Of a stretch of DNA of 64,000 nt, positions 10,310 through 19,355 are shown in pieces. Position numbers and translations under genes: made by a program. Under the pieces are notes generated by a model. It worked only from the letters and a program-made list of their open reading frames with translations, did not search any database and had not been told where the DNA came from. The stretch comes from Candidatus Tayloriibacteriota bacterium (lineage in GTDB: Bacteria > Patescibacteriota > Minisyncoccia > Phycocordibacterales > PALSA-1337). Each line of letters begins with the position of its first letter. Position 1 is the first letter of the stretch. The stretch spans positions 26,495 through 90,494 of the forward strand of contig JBPOID010000007.1 in NCBI GenBank assembly GCA_052034805.1. Reading direction: 5' to 3'.

Positions 10310-10915
10310 ATGATTATCGGACCAAAATACAAAATAGCAAGAAGATTAGGAGCAACAGTTTTTGAGAAAACTCAAAATCAAAAATATTCTATACGTGCTT
10401 TAAAGAAAGCAGAAAATGCTCCAAGAAGAGGAGTTAAGAGTGAATACGGACTAGGAATGCTTGAAAAGCAAAAGGCAAGATATAGTTACGGTATAACATC
10501 AAAGCAATTCAGTAAATATGTAAAACAGGCAATAGAGAAAAGAGGTAATTCTTCAGAACTTTTAATAAGAATATTGGAAGGACGTTTGGATAATGTAGCA
10601 TTGAAATCAGGATTTGCTCCAACTAGACAAGCTGCAAGACAACTAGTATCACATGGTCATCTAACTGTAAATGGAAAAATAGTTACTATACCTTCATACG
10701 AAGTAAGTGTTGGTGATATTGTCGGTATAAGAGAGGGAAGCAAGAAAAAAGCTCTTTTCGCAACATTGGATGAAAGATTGAAAACAGTTAAGATCCCTTC
10801 TTGGCTTAAGCTAAACTTTGATAAAAAAGAAATAACAGTAGATGGAATACCGAATGCTCCAGAAAGCGAACTTTTATTCAATGTTTCTGCTGTGCTTGAG
10901 TTCTATAGTCGTTAA
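10310..10915 (+). CDS. rpsD: 30S ribosomal protein S4
   Basis: N-terminal PKYKIARRLG and a C-terminal S4 RNA-binding domain. Confidence 0.85.
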   Translation: MIIGPKYKIARRLGATVFEKTQNQKYSIRALKKAENAPRRGVKSEYGLGMLEKQKARYSYGITSKQFSKYVKQAIEKRGNSSELLIRILEGRLDNVALKSGFAPTRQAARQLVSHGHLTVNGKIVTIPSYEVSVGDIVGIREGSKKKALFATLDERLKTVKIPSWLKLNFDKKEITVDGIPNAPESELLFNVSAVLEFYSR

Positions 10916-10946
10916 TTTTATAAATTAAATTTTTAATAAAAAATAT

Positions 10947-11915
10947 ATGTCTATGAATACTATAATAATCCCATCAAAGCCAAAGATAATCCGCGAGGAT
11001 AATTTTGTTGGTATTTATGAGATAGATGGATTTTATCCAGGATACGGACATACTCTAGGTAACTCTCTACGCCGTATAATACTTTCTTCTCTTCCAGGAT
11101 CTGCAGTAACAAAGGTTAAAATAAAAGGAGTAGAACATGAATTCTCTTCTATAGAAGGAGTAAAAGAAGATGTAATAACAATTCTACTTAATCTAAAGAA
11201 GCTTCGCACAAGACTTTCAACAGATGAAGCTCAAGTTTTGACTATAAAAGCAAAAGGATTAAAGAATATAAAAGCAGGAGATATAGAACATCCAGGCCAA
11301 GTAGAAATAATCAATCCAGAATTGGATATAGCAACTATCACAGATAAGGCTGGAGAATTAGACATGGAAATAACAGTTGAAAAGGGTCTAGGATTTATTC
11401 CAAAAGAAGTATTACATAAGGATAGAGTAGATATAGGTAATATATCTCTAGATGCAATATTCAGTCCTGTAAAGAAAGTTAATTATGAAGTAGAGAATAT
11501 GCGTGTTGGTGATAGAACTGATTTCAATAGACTACGTTTAACAATAGAAACAGATGGTACAATAACTCCAAATGAAGCTCTAGAGCAATCAATTTCAATA
11601 ATGATTTCTCAATTAAAAGCAATTATAGGATTCAAAGAAGAAGAAGTTATAGAGAAAGCTCCAGAAGAAAATGAGGATTCAATTTCAAATGGAGATTCAA
11701 AAGTTGAGCTTGATATGGAATTCTTAAAGACAAGAATAGATTCAATAGGTCTTTCTCCAAGAACAGTAAAGGCTTTGGCAAATGGTAATATAAGAACTGT
11801 AGGAGGATTAGCAAGAAAGAAGGAAGCAGATATATTGGATATAGATGGTCTAGGAAATAAGGGAATTCAGGAAATCAAGAAAGTTCTTGCTCAGTACGGA
11901 ATAACATTAAAATAA
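10947..11915 (+). CDS. rpoA: DNA-directed RNA polymerase subunit alpha
   Basis: N-terminal dimerisation domain plus C-terminal alpha-CTD (GLSPRTVKALANGNIRTVGGL); 322 aa. Position in the alpha operon. Confidence 0.9.
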   Translation: MSMNTIIIPSKPKIIREDNFVGIYEIDGFYPGYGHTLGNSLRRIILSSLPGSAVTKVKIKGVEHEFSSIEGVKEDVITILLNLKKLRTRLSTDEAQVLTIKAKGLKNIKAGDIEHPGQVEIINPELDIATITDKAGELDMEITVEKGLGFIPKEVLHKDRVDIGNISLDAIFSPVKKVNYEVENMRVGDRTDFNRLRLTIETDGTITPNEALEQSISIMISQLKAIIGFKEEEVIEKAPEENEDSISNGDSKVELDMEFLKTRIDSIGLSPRTVKALANGNIRTVGGLARKKEADILDIDGLGNKGIQEIKKVLAQYGITLK

Positions 11916-11924
11916 TATAGTAAT

Positions 11925-12275
11925 ATGAGACATCATTCTTCAAAAAGAAAATTCGGTAGAGAAATGAATCAGAGAGACGCTCTTATACGTTCTCTTTCTA
12001 GAAACCTAATAAATGAAGGCAAGATAACTACTACTCTTGCTAAGGCAAAATCTCTACGTCCTTATATAGAAAAGCTTATTACAAAAGCTAAAACAGATAC
12101 TCTTTCATCCAGAAAACTTCTTATATCTAGAATTATGGGTGAAAAAGAGGTTGATAATTTAATGAAAAATATTGCACCAAGATACAAAACTAGAAATGGC
12201 GGATACACCAGAATAGTTAAGCTTGGAGATAGAGGACTTGACTCTGCCCCTATGGCAATGATTGAATTTGTATAA
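11925..12275 (+). CDS. rplQ: 50S ribosomal protein L17
   Basis: MRHHSSKRKFGR...KAKSLRPYIEKLIT; follows rpoA. Confidence 0.9.
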   Translation: MRHHSSKRKFGREMNQRDALIRSLSRNLINEGKITTTLAKAKSLRPYIEKLITKAKTDTLSSRKLLISRIMGEKEVDNLMKNIAPRYKTRNGGYTRIVKLGDRGLDSAPMAMIEFV

Positions 12276-12283
12276 ATAAAATT

Positions 12284-12628
12284 ATGAATTACACAATAGA
12301 TGCAAAAGGTAAAAAGATGGGTAGAATTGCTTCAGAAGCGGCTAATTTCCTAATGGGTAAGAATACAGTGAAATTTGTTAGAAACAGAGCTCCAGAAGTA
12401 AAAGTTTCAATAATAAACTGTGGAAAGGCTAGTATAGATTCAAGAAAGAAATTAAATAAAGAATATGTTACTTTCACAGGATTCCGTGGTGGAATAAATA
12501 CAGAGACATTATCTCATCTTATAGAGAGAAAGGGTGTTACTGAAGCTTTCAGAAGAGCTGTTTATAGAATGTTACCTTCTAACAGTTTGAGAAAGACAAT
12601 GATGGCAAATCTTACAATTACAGAATAA
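12284..12628 (+). CDS. rplM: 50S ribosomal protein L13 (short form)
   Basis: KMGRIASEAANFLMGKNT...VSIINCGKASI matches the L13 N-terminal core. Confidence 0.8.
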   Translation: MNYTIDAKGKKMGRIASEAANFLMGKNTVKFVRNRAPEVKVSIINCGKASIDSRKKLNKEYVTFTGFRGGINTETLSHLIERKGVTEAFRRAVYRMLPSNSLRKTMMANLTITE

Positions 12629-12633
12629 ATAAT

Positions 12634-13065
12634 ATGGATACAATAATACCAAACAAATCAATCAATAAAGAAGAAAGATATATAGAATCTGTCGGTAGAA
12701 GAAAGACATCTATAGCTCGTGTTCGTATCACTCCATCTACAAAGATGTCATACGAAATAAATGGAAGATCTCTAGAAGATTATTTCCCTACAAAGGAATT
12801 ACGTATGGTTGCTGAAGAATCAATAAATAGTTCAAAACTAACAACAACAAAGTTCAAAATAACAGTAGTATCAAGTGGTGGAGGTATAAGCTCACAAGCT
12901 GGAGCAGTAAAGCTAGGTATAGCTCGTGCCCTTATAGAATATGACAAAGAGCTTCGTGGCAAACTAAAGAAAGCTGGACTTCTAAAGAGAGATCCTCGTG
13001 CAAAAGAAAGAAGAAAGTTCGGATTAAAGAAAGCTCGTAAGTCACCTCAGTGGAGTAAACGTTAA
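12634..13065 (+). CDS. rpsI: 30S ribosomal protein S9
   Basis: YIESVGRRKTSIARVRI... with a C-terminal basic tail ending ...RKSPQWSKR. Confidence 0.9.
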   Translation: MDTIIPNKSINKEERYIESVGRRKTSIARVRITPSTKMSYEINGRSLEDYFPTKELRMVAEESINSSKLTTTKFKITVVSSGGGISSQAGAVKLGIARALIEYDKELRGKLKKAGLLKRDPRAKERRKFGLKKARKSPQWSKR

Positions 13066-13079
13066 AATAAAAAGAAAAA

Positions 13080-13105
13080 CCGGCACTTGTCGGATTTTTC
13101 TTTTT
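13080..13105 (+). terminator. Intrinsic terminator after rpsI
   Basis: ccggcacttgtcgg hairpin followed by atttttcttttt. Confidence 0.55.
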
Positions 13106-13121
13106 AAGTATACTTTCTAAT

Positions 13122-13700
13122 ATGGATAAAGAAAATAAAAACATAAATGAAGATGTTGTTATTGAAGCAGATGAAAATCTCGACGACTCTGTTATTGCAG
13201 AAGAGAATGCAATAGATACAATAAAGAAATTAAAAGAGAAATTAAAAAAGGCTGTAGAAGAAAAACAGGAATATTTGAATTCTTGGCAAAAAGATAAAGC
13301 AGAATTTCTCAATGCTCGTAAACGTGATCAAGAATCACAGAAAGAGTTTATAAAATTCTCTAATGAAGGCCTTATAAATGATTTAATACCAGTACTTGAT
13401 AGTTTCAATATGGCTATGGGTAATAAAGAAGCATGGGAGAAGGCTGACAAGAATTGGCGTATAGGCGTAGAATACATAGCCAATCAATTAAAGAAAGTTT
13501 TATCTGATTTTGGATTAAAAGAAATAGATCCTATAGGCAAAGCTTTTGACCCTATGAGAGATGAAGCCATAGAACATGAAAATGTTAATGATGAAAGTAA
13601 AAACAATACAGTAACTAATGTTATACAGAAAGGTTATGAGCTTAATGGAAAGGTATTGAAAGCTCCAAAAGTAAAGGTTGGAGACTTCAATAAGAAATAA
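13122..13700 (+). CDS. grpE: Nucleotide exchange factor GrpE
   Basis: Coiled-coil N-terminus, KAEFLNARKRDQESQKE, a C-terminal beta domain, and adjacency to dnaK. Confidence 0.8.
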   Translation: MDKENKNINEDVVIEADENLDDSVIAEENAIDTIKKLKEKLKKAVEEKQEYLNSWQKDKAEFLNARKRDQESQKEFIKFSNEGLINDLIPVLDSFNMAMGNKEAWEKADKNWRIGVEYIANQLKKVLSDFGLKEIDPIGKAFDPMRDEAIEHENVNDESKNNTVTNVIQKGYELNGKVLKAPKVKVGDFNKK

Positions 13701-13730
13701 TTCCTCAAATTATAAAAATAAATAAAAGAA

Positions 13731-13795
13731 GAGACCAGCTTAATTTCTCCATGTTTCGTCGGTGGGGGATGGGGAGGATAAGCTGGTCTTTTTGA
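13731..13795 (+). terminator. Large hairpin (12-bp stem, about 32-nt G-rich loop) plus T-run downstream of grpE
   Basis: agaccagcttaat ... ataagctggtct followed by ttttt. The loop contains ggtgggggatggggagg. Confidence 0.45.
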
Positions 13796-13799
13796 GTTT

Positions 13800-13990
13800 A
13801 GGTGGGGGAAACTAAGTTGCTAATTACTCAAGGAAAAAGCAACTTTTGTATTTGACTGCGCCAATTTCAGGCTTCATCTTCATCAACAGGTAGAATAGAA
13901 ACCTGGGCTCTTTCTGGCGCAGAATTCGCGATGGTTCACTAGGTTTTTGTTCACCGTACTACCCTTGATGATATTATCATACAAAATCTT
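13800..13990. other. GC-enriched, hairpin-dense intergenic segment (candidate structured RNA or regulatory leader upstream of dnaK)
   Basis: About 50 % GC against a 30 % background. Paired arms ctgcgccaa/ctggcgcag and aagttgc/gcaactt, plus the palindrome atgatattatcat. No ORF on either strand. Confidence 0.3.
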
Positions 13991-14035
13991 TTTTAGCAAT
14001 ATTGAATAGTTTTATATTTTATATATAATATTCTC

Positions 14036-14359
14036 ATGTTAAAACTAGAGAATAAGCAAATAAATAGTATATTCGAAAGAATAGTAAAGGATAAAAACGG
14101 AATTCTAGTCCGTATTAGATTTACTATTATAGAAACAGAAGGAAAGTTTCAGGGACATATAATATCAGTCACTCCATTATCTGTTTCAAATGAAAATACA
14201 GAAAAAGATATAAAAGAAAATATAATATATCTTCCTAAAATAAAGATATCCCAAATATTCTCAATTGATACTTATACTTCATCAAATTCAATTATTTCTC
14301 CATATCTTTCTCTTGAATTTTTAATGAGTCAACCAACCAGAGCTCCATCAAATAGATAA
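14036..14359 (+). CDS. Hypothetical small protein
   Basis: 107-aa ORF between grpE and dnaK with no recognisable family. AT-rich, typical codon usage. Confidence 0.25.
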   Translation: MLKLENKQINSIFERIVKDKNGILVRIRFTIIETEGKFQGHIISVTPLSVSNENTEKDIKENIIYLPKIKISQIFSIDTYTSSNSIISPYLSLEFLMSQPTRAPSNR

Positions 14360-14403
14360 TTATTTTGTTTTATTATTAACATTATAATTTAATCTATTTA
14401 ATT

Positions 14404-16314
14404 ATGTCTAAAATAATAGGAATTGATCTGGGTACTACTAATTCTGCTGTTGCAGTAATGGAAGCTGGTACTCCAAAAATATTAGAAAATGCAGAAGGTG
14501 CGAGAACTACACCATCTATAATAGCTTTATCAAAAACCGGAGAAAGAATGGTGGGTTTGCTTGCGAAGCGTCAAGGTGTTACGAATCCAAAGAATACTAT
14601 TTATCAAATAAAAAGATTTATAGGTCATAATTTCGACGATCCTGCAGTACAGAAAGACCGTGCTTCTGTACCATTCGAAATGCAGAAATCAGCAACAGGT
14701 GGAATAGAAGTAAAAATGGGAGACAAATGGTATAGACCCGAGGAAATATCTGCAATGATTCTAGGAAAAATGAAAGCAGATGCCGAAGCTAGATTAGGAG
14801 AAACTGTCACAGAAGCTGTTATAACAGTGCCAGCATATTTCAATGATGCTCAGAGACAAGCAACAAAAGACGCTGGTAAAATAGCAGGTCTAGATGTTAA
14901 AAGAATAATAAATGAACCTACAGCAGCCGCTCTTGCATATGGATTCGATAAGAAAAAAGATGAGAAAATAGTTGTCTTTGATTTCGGTGGTGGAACATTT
15001 GATATTTCTGTACTAGAAGTCGGAGATGATGTTGTAGAAGTAAAATCAACAGATGGAGATGCTCATCTAGGAGGAAAAGATATTGATCAGAAAATCATAA
15101 ATTGGCTTGCTGATGAGTTCAAGAAACAAGAGGGTATAGATGTGAGAAAAGATGCTCTTGCTTTGCAGAGATTGGATGAAGCTGCAGAAAAGGCAAAGAT
15201 AGAACTTTCAACAGCTGTACAAACAGAAGTTAATATACCATTCCTTACTTCTGGTACAGATGGACCGAAACATCTTCTTATCACTATGACTCGTGCGAAA
15301 TTGGAAGAGCTTACTAGTGAATTCATAGATCGTGCAATAGCTATAACAAAGAGAGCTATGGATGCTTCACCATTCAAGATTGCCGATATAAATGAAGTTG
15401 TTCTCGTAGGAGGACAAACTCGTATGCCAGCCATGCAAAAGGCTGTGAAAGATTTCTTCGGAAAGGAATTACATTTAGGTGTAAATCCAGACGAAGTGGT
15501 TGCGGTGGGCGCTGCTATACAAGGAGGAATATTAGCTGGAGATGTAAAAGGAGTATTGCTATTGGATGTTACTCCATTATCTCTTTCTATAGAAACAATG
15601 GGAGGTGTTGCTACAAAGTTAATAGAAAAGAATACAACTATACCAACTCAGAAAAGTCAGGTATTCTCTACGGCCGCAGATAATCAAACATCAGTAGAAA
15701 TACATATAACTCAAGGAGAAAGACCTATGGCAGGAGATAATAAGTCTCTAGGACGCTTTATATTGGATGGTATAGCTCCGGCACCACGCGGTATGCCACA
15801 AGTAGAAGTTACATTTGATCTAGATGCAAATGGAATACTTTCTGTAACCGCAAAGGACAAAGCCACAGGAAAGGCTAATAGTATAAAGATAACTGCAAGC
15901 TCAGGTCTTTCAAAGGAAGAAGTAGAAAGAATGAAAAAGGAAGCAGAAATGCATAGTGCAGAAGATGCAAAGAAAAAAGAAATGGTAGAAGGCAAAAATG
16001 TTGCAGAACAACTTATCTATACTTCAGAAAAGTCTTTGAAAGATGCAGGAGATAAAGTCCCTGCAGATCTTAGAAAGTCTATAGAAGATAAAATAGCAGA
16101 TTTAAAAACTGCAAAAGAGGGAACAGATCCATCTCTTATGAAGAAAGCTACGGAAACGCTATCAAACGAATTATCAAAGATAGGAGAGATATTGTCGAAG
16201 GCACAAGCCGAAGCTTCCAAGGAGAATCCAGGAGCAAATACTGCAAATCAAGCAGGTAATGATAAAGGCTCTGAAGGTGATGTAAAGGATGCAGAGTTTA
16301 AGGAGAAAAAGTAA
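14404..16314 (+). CDS. dnaK: Chaperone DnaK (Hsp70)
   Basis: [22 protein letters not shown], the full Hsp70 domain order, and a C-terminal lid with an acidic tail. Confidence 0.95.
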   Translation: MSKIIGIDLGTTNSAVAVMEAGTPKILENAEGARTTPSIIALSKTGERMVGLLAKRQGVTNPKNTIYQIKRFIGHNFDDPAVQKDRASVPFEMQKSATGGIEVKMGDKWYRPEEISAMILGKMKADAEARLGETVTEAVITVPAYFNDAQRQATKDAGKIAGLDVKRIINEPTAAALAYGFDKKKDEKIVVFDFGGGTFDISVLEVGDDVVEVKSTDGDAHLGGKDIDQKIINWLADEFKKQEGIDVRKDALALQRLDEAAEKAKIELSTAVQTEVNIPFLTSGTDGPKHLLITMTRAKLEELTSEFIDRAIAITKRAMDASPFKIADINEVVLVGGQTRMPAMQKAVKDFFGKELHLGVNPDEVVAVGAAIQGGILAGDVKGVLLLDVTPLSLSIETMGGVATKLIEKNTTIPTQKSQVFSTAADNQTSVEIHITQGERPMAGDNKSLGRFILDGIAPAPRGMPQVEVTFDLDANGILSVTAKDKATGKANSIKITASSGLSKEEVERMKKEAEMHSAEDAKKKEMVEGKNVAEQLIYTSEKSLKDAGDKVPADLRKSIEDKIADLKTAKEGTDPSLMKKATETLSNELSKIGEILSKAQAEASKENPGANTANQAGNDKGSEGDVKDAEFKEKK

Positions 16315-16380
16315 GATAATTGACAAATAAATTCATTAGTAATATTATTGTATTACACATTGCCTTCGGGCTCCGAGATT

Positions 16381-16408
16381 CCCCGCCAATTTGGCGGGGT
16401 TTCGTTTT
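16381..16408 (+). terminator. Intrinsic terminator after dnaK
   Basis: ccccgccaatttggcgggg hairpin followed by tttcgtttt. Confidence 0.7.
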
Positions 16409-16456
16409 AAATGTTAATCAATAGTTTAATTTCATTGATAATATTAGATATATAAA

Positions 16457-16492
16457 AAGCAGACCCGCATATAAATGCGGGTTTGTTGTTTT
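16457..16492. terminator. Bidirectional intrinsic terminator
   Basis: acccgcatataaatgcgggt hairpin flanked by A-run and T-run. It serves the convergent minus-strand gene at 16506..16823. Confidence 0.6.
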
Positions 16493-16505
16493 ATCTAGAG
16501 TAGAG

Positions 16506-16823
16506 TTATTTCACCCCTTGCTCTTGATTGTATAGTTCATCGATTCTCTGTGAGAGTTCATCATCGGTAGGCATATTGTGAACGTTTTCCAGCTTGCCTT
16601 CGATATCAAAGTGAATGACCCAGAGAACACCATCCACCATCGTTGATAGAACTTCCACCGCATGAACATTATCATTAATCTTGAAAATAGTTTTATTCAG
16701 ATAATATCTTTCGTTGTTGGGATCATAGGATCGGAGTTTTGCCGAAATACTCTGAATGACTTCTCTTTTTTTCCTATCATCAGAAATTTTCATTTTCTCC
16801 CTCTTATTTTGTTGTTTTATCAA
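16506..16823 (-). CDS. Hypothetical small protein (lone minus-strand gene between dnaK and the J-protein gene)
   Basis: 105-aa ORF with its own terminator. No recognisable family. Confidence 0.35.
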   Translation of the reverse strand: MIKQQNKREKMKISDDRKKREVIQSISAKLRSYDPNNERYYLNKTIFKINDNVHAVEVLSTMVDGVLWVIHFDIEGKLENVHNMPTDDELSQRIDELYNQEQGVK

Positions 16824-16946
16824 GAACTGATTTCAGTTATTTGTATCACAATATTTATATATAGTCAATTCATCATTATTTCCTTATAGATATTATTTTT
16901 TATAATTTTCTAGCGCAAAAAGCATTTTTTTGTTATAATCCAAGCC

Positions 16947-17819
16947 ATGTCAAAAGATTACTATAAAATACTAGGCGTAGAAAAAAACGCTTCAAAAGAC
17001 GATATAAAAAAGGCTTTTAGAAAAATAGCCCATGAACATCATCCAGATAAAGGTGGTGGAAATCCTCAGATTTTCAAAGAAGCTAGTGAAGCTTATTCTG
17101 TATTGGGAGATGATGCGAAAAGACAACAATACGATACATTTGGTTCTACTTCTAGTGGTTTCAACCCTGGTCAGGGTGGCTTCGGTGGTGGCGGATTCTC
17201 TGGAGGCTTTGATTTTTCTAATTTCGCTCGTCAATACAGTTCACAGAATGGTCAAGCATTCGAATTCGATCTAGGTGACATATTCGGAGATTTCTTCGGG
17301 GGTGGTTCTAGACGTCCGCGTAAAGGTGCAAATATAAATATTGATGTTGAATTGAGTTTCAAAGAATCAGTATTCGGTTTAGAAAAAGAAATAACCATAA
17401 ATAAAGAAAAGTTAGTAATAACTATTCCTCCAGGTATTGAGAATGGTCAAGGATTAAGAGTTCAAGGAAAAGGAGAAGATGGAGAAGGTGGAAAAGGAGA
17501 TTTGATCGTGCGCATATGGGTAGAATCTCATCCAGTATTCCGTAAAGAAGGATATAATCTAATAATGGAATTACCATTAAAGCTCACTACAGCTCTTCTC
17601 GGTGAAAATATGGATATAGATACATTGGATGGAAAAATAGAATTAAAGATTCCAGCTGGTACAACTCATAATGAAATACTTAGAGTAAAGAATAAAGGAG
17701 TTCCAAATGGTCGTGGTAAAAGAGGTGATCTTCTAATAATCACAAAGGTTAATATGCCAAAGAAATTAAGCAAGAACGCCCAAAAACTAATAGATGAATT
17801 AAAAAAGGAAGGTATATAA
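16947..17819 (+). CDS. DnaJ-family co-chaperone, type II/CbpA-like (no zinc finger)
   Basis: J domain DYYKILGV...HPDKGGGN, Gly/Phe-rich linker and C-terminal substrate-binding domains. No CxxCxGxG repeats. Confidence 0.8.
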   Translation: MSKDYYKILGVEKNASKDDIKKAFRKIAHEHHPDKGGGNPQIFKEASEAYSVLGDDAKRQQYDTFGSTSSGFNPGQGGFGGGGFSGGFDFSNFARQYSSQNGQAFEFDLGDIFGDFFGGGSRRPRKGANINIDVELSFKESVFGLEKEITINKEKLVITIPPGIENGQGLRVQGKGEDGEGGKGDLIVRIWVESHPVFRKEGYNLIMELPLKLTTALLGENMDIDTLDGKIELKIPAGTTHNEILRVKNKGVPNGRGKRGDLLIITKVNMPKKLSKNAQKLIDELKKEGI

Positions 17820-17830
17820 TAAATAAAAAA

Positions 17831-19324
17831 ATGTCTATATCTAAATATTTAAAAAGTCATGCTGTATTGGTGAGTACTATCACTATTTTACTCATAATTA
17901 CTGGCATAATAGCTGGGCGTATCAGTAAGAAAAATAAAATAGTAGTTGATTCTTCATCAAATGTTAAACAAGTATCTATTGTCTCTGTAAATAATTTTAG
18001 AAATGACAATTCTACAATATCTGCAGATGGAGTTGTCGAATCAATATCTCAAGTAGATATAAAGAGTCAGGTTTCTTCTCCTGTAACAAAGATAAATATA
18101 TCTGTTGGTGATAATGTATACAAAGGCCAGATAATAATGGAGCTTCAAAATGCAGATATACAAGCCCAGCTAGAGCAGGCTCGTGCAAATCTAGAATTAG
18201 CAAAAGGACAGTATTCTTCAGATGGTGTTGTTATAGATAGTAATCGTAAAACAGTAATTGATAAAATCAAAGACGGATATACAAAGACAAATGATGTTAT
18301 TAATGCTCAAATAGGTCAATTCCTATATAGTGGAAATCCAAATATCATACAATTACAATCTTTGATAATTGATTCTGATATTGTTAATAAATTAAGTACG
18401 AACTGGACTGAGTCTTTATCAGCACTTAGAGATTGGAAGATATCAATAGATACTTTATCTGAAAAATCCACACAAGCAGAAGTCGATAAGGCCTTATCAA
18501 TAGCACAGAAAAGTATATTAAAAGTAAGTAATTTCATAGATATACTTTCTGATGCTTTGATAAATGTTGCTAATATATCTAATCAAACAACTATGAATCT
18601 AGTATCAGGCTGGAAAAGTACAGCAACTTTGGCACGCACAACAGTAAATGCCACTATTTCATCTATTACATCCAGTGGTTATTCTATAGTCTCAAATCAA
18701 GCTCAGATATTATCCGCAGAAGCAGGGTTAAAGAATTTACAAGCTCAATTAGCTAAAACAATAATAATTTCACCTATAGATGGGAAAATAGCCAGTCTGC
18801 CATTAAGAAATGGTGAATTTGCAAGTCCAGGTCAATTATTAACAACTATAATAGGTTCTGGTGGATTACAAGTAAAAGCTTATGCAAGTGGCGAAGACTT
18901 GGAACGTATAAAGAAAAATGCAGATGTAATTATTCAAGATAATATAAAGGGTAGTGTGATAAATGTTTCTCCTGGTGTAAATCAAATAAATAAAAAAGTT
19001 GAAATAAAAATAGCAATAAAAGATTCAGATAAATCAGGATTAATAGTAGGACAGAATGTAAAAGCTATGATAAAAGCTGATAATATTATCAGTTCTGATC
19101 TTGAAAAAGATTCATATATTATTCCAATTCAGAATGTAAAGATAGTACCAGGTTCAGCCTATGTATTTACTGTTGATGAAAATTCAAAGATAGTCAAAAA
19201 TGAAGTTACTTTGGGAGAAATAAAAGGTGATTTTGTAGAAATAAAATCAGGAATTACTGAAGATATGAAAATAGTCTCTCCTGTCTATGAATTAGAAGAA
19301 GGAGAAAAAGTCACAGTTGAATAA
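17831..19324 (+). CDS. Efflux RND transporter periplasmic adaptor (HlyD-type membrane fusion protein)
   Basis: N-terminal TM anchor, coiled-coil region (QAQLEQARANLELAKGQ) and C-terminal beta domains. Immediately upstream of the RND permease. Confidence 0.55.
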   Translation: MSISKYLKSHAVLVSTITILLIITGIIAGRISKKNKIVVDSSSNVKQVSIVSVNNFRNDNSTISADGVVESISQVDIKSQVSSPVTKINISVGDNVYKGQIIMELQNADIQAQLEQARANLELAKGQYSSDGVVIDSNRKTVIDKIKDGYTKTNDVINAQIGQFLYSGNPNIIQLQSLIIDSDIVNKLSTNWTESLSALRDWKISIDTLSEKSTQAEVDKALSIAQKSILKVSNFIDILSDALINVANISNQTTMNLVSGWKSTATLARTTVNATISSITSSGYSIVSNQAQILSAEAGLKNLQAQLAKTIIISPIDGKIASLPLRNGEFASPGQLLTTIIGSGGLQVKAYASGEDLERIKKNADVIIQDNIKGSVINVSPGVNQINKKVEIKIAIKDSDKSGLIVGQNVKAMIKADNIISSDLEKDSYIIPIQNVKIVPGSAYVFTVDENSKIVKNEVTLGEIKGDFVEIKSGITEDMKIVSPVYELEEGEKVTVE

Positions 19325-19355
19325 TTAAAATAATCTAATTATAAAAAGATAATAA

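Noticed and set aside
13700-14403. HrcA CIRCE operator upstream of grpE/dnaK/dnaJ-like genes
   Set aside because: No TTAGCACTC-N9-GAGTGCTAA match found by eye in the grpE, dnaK or dnaJ upstream regions.
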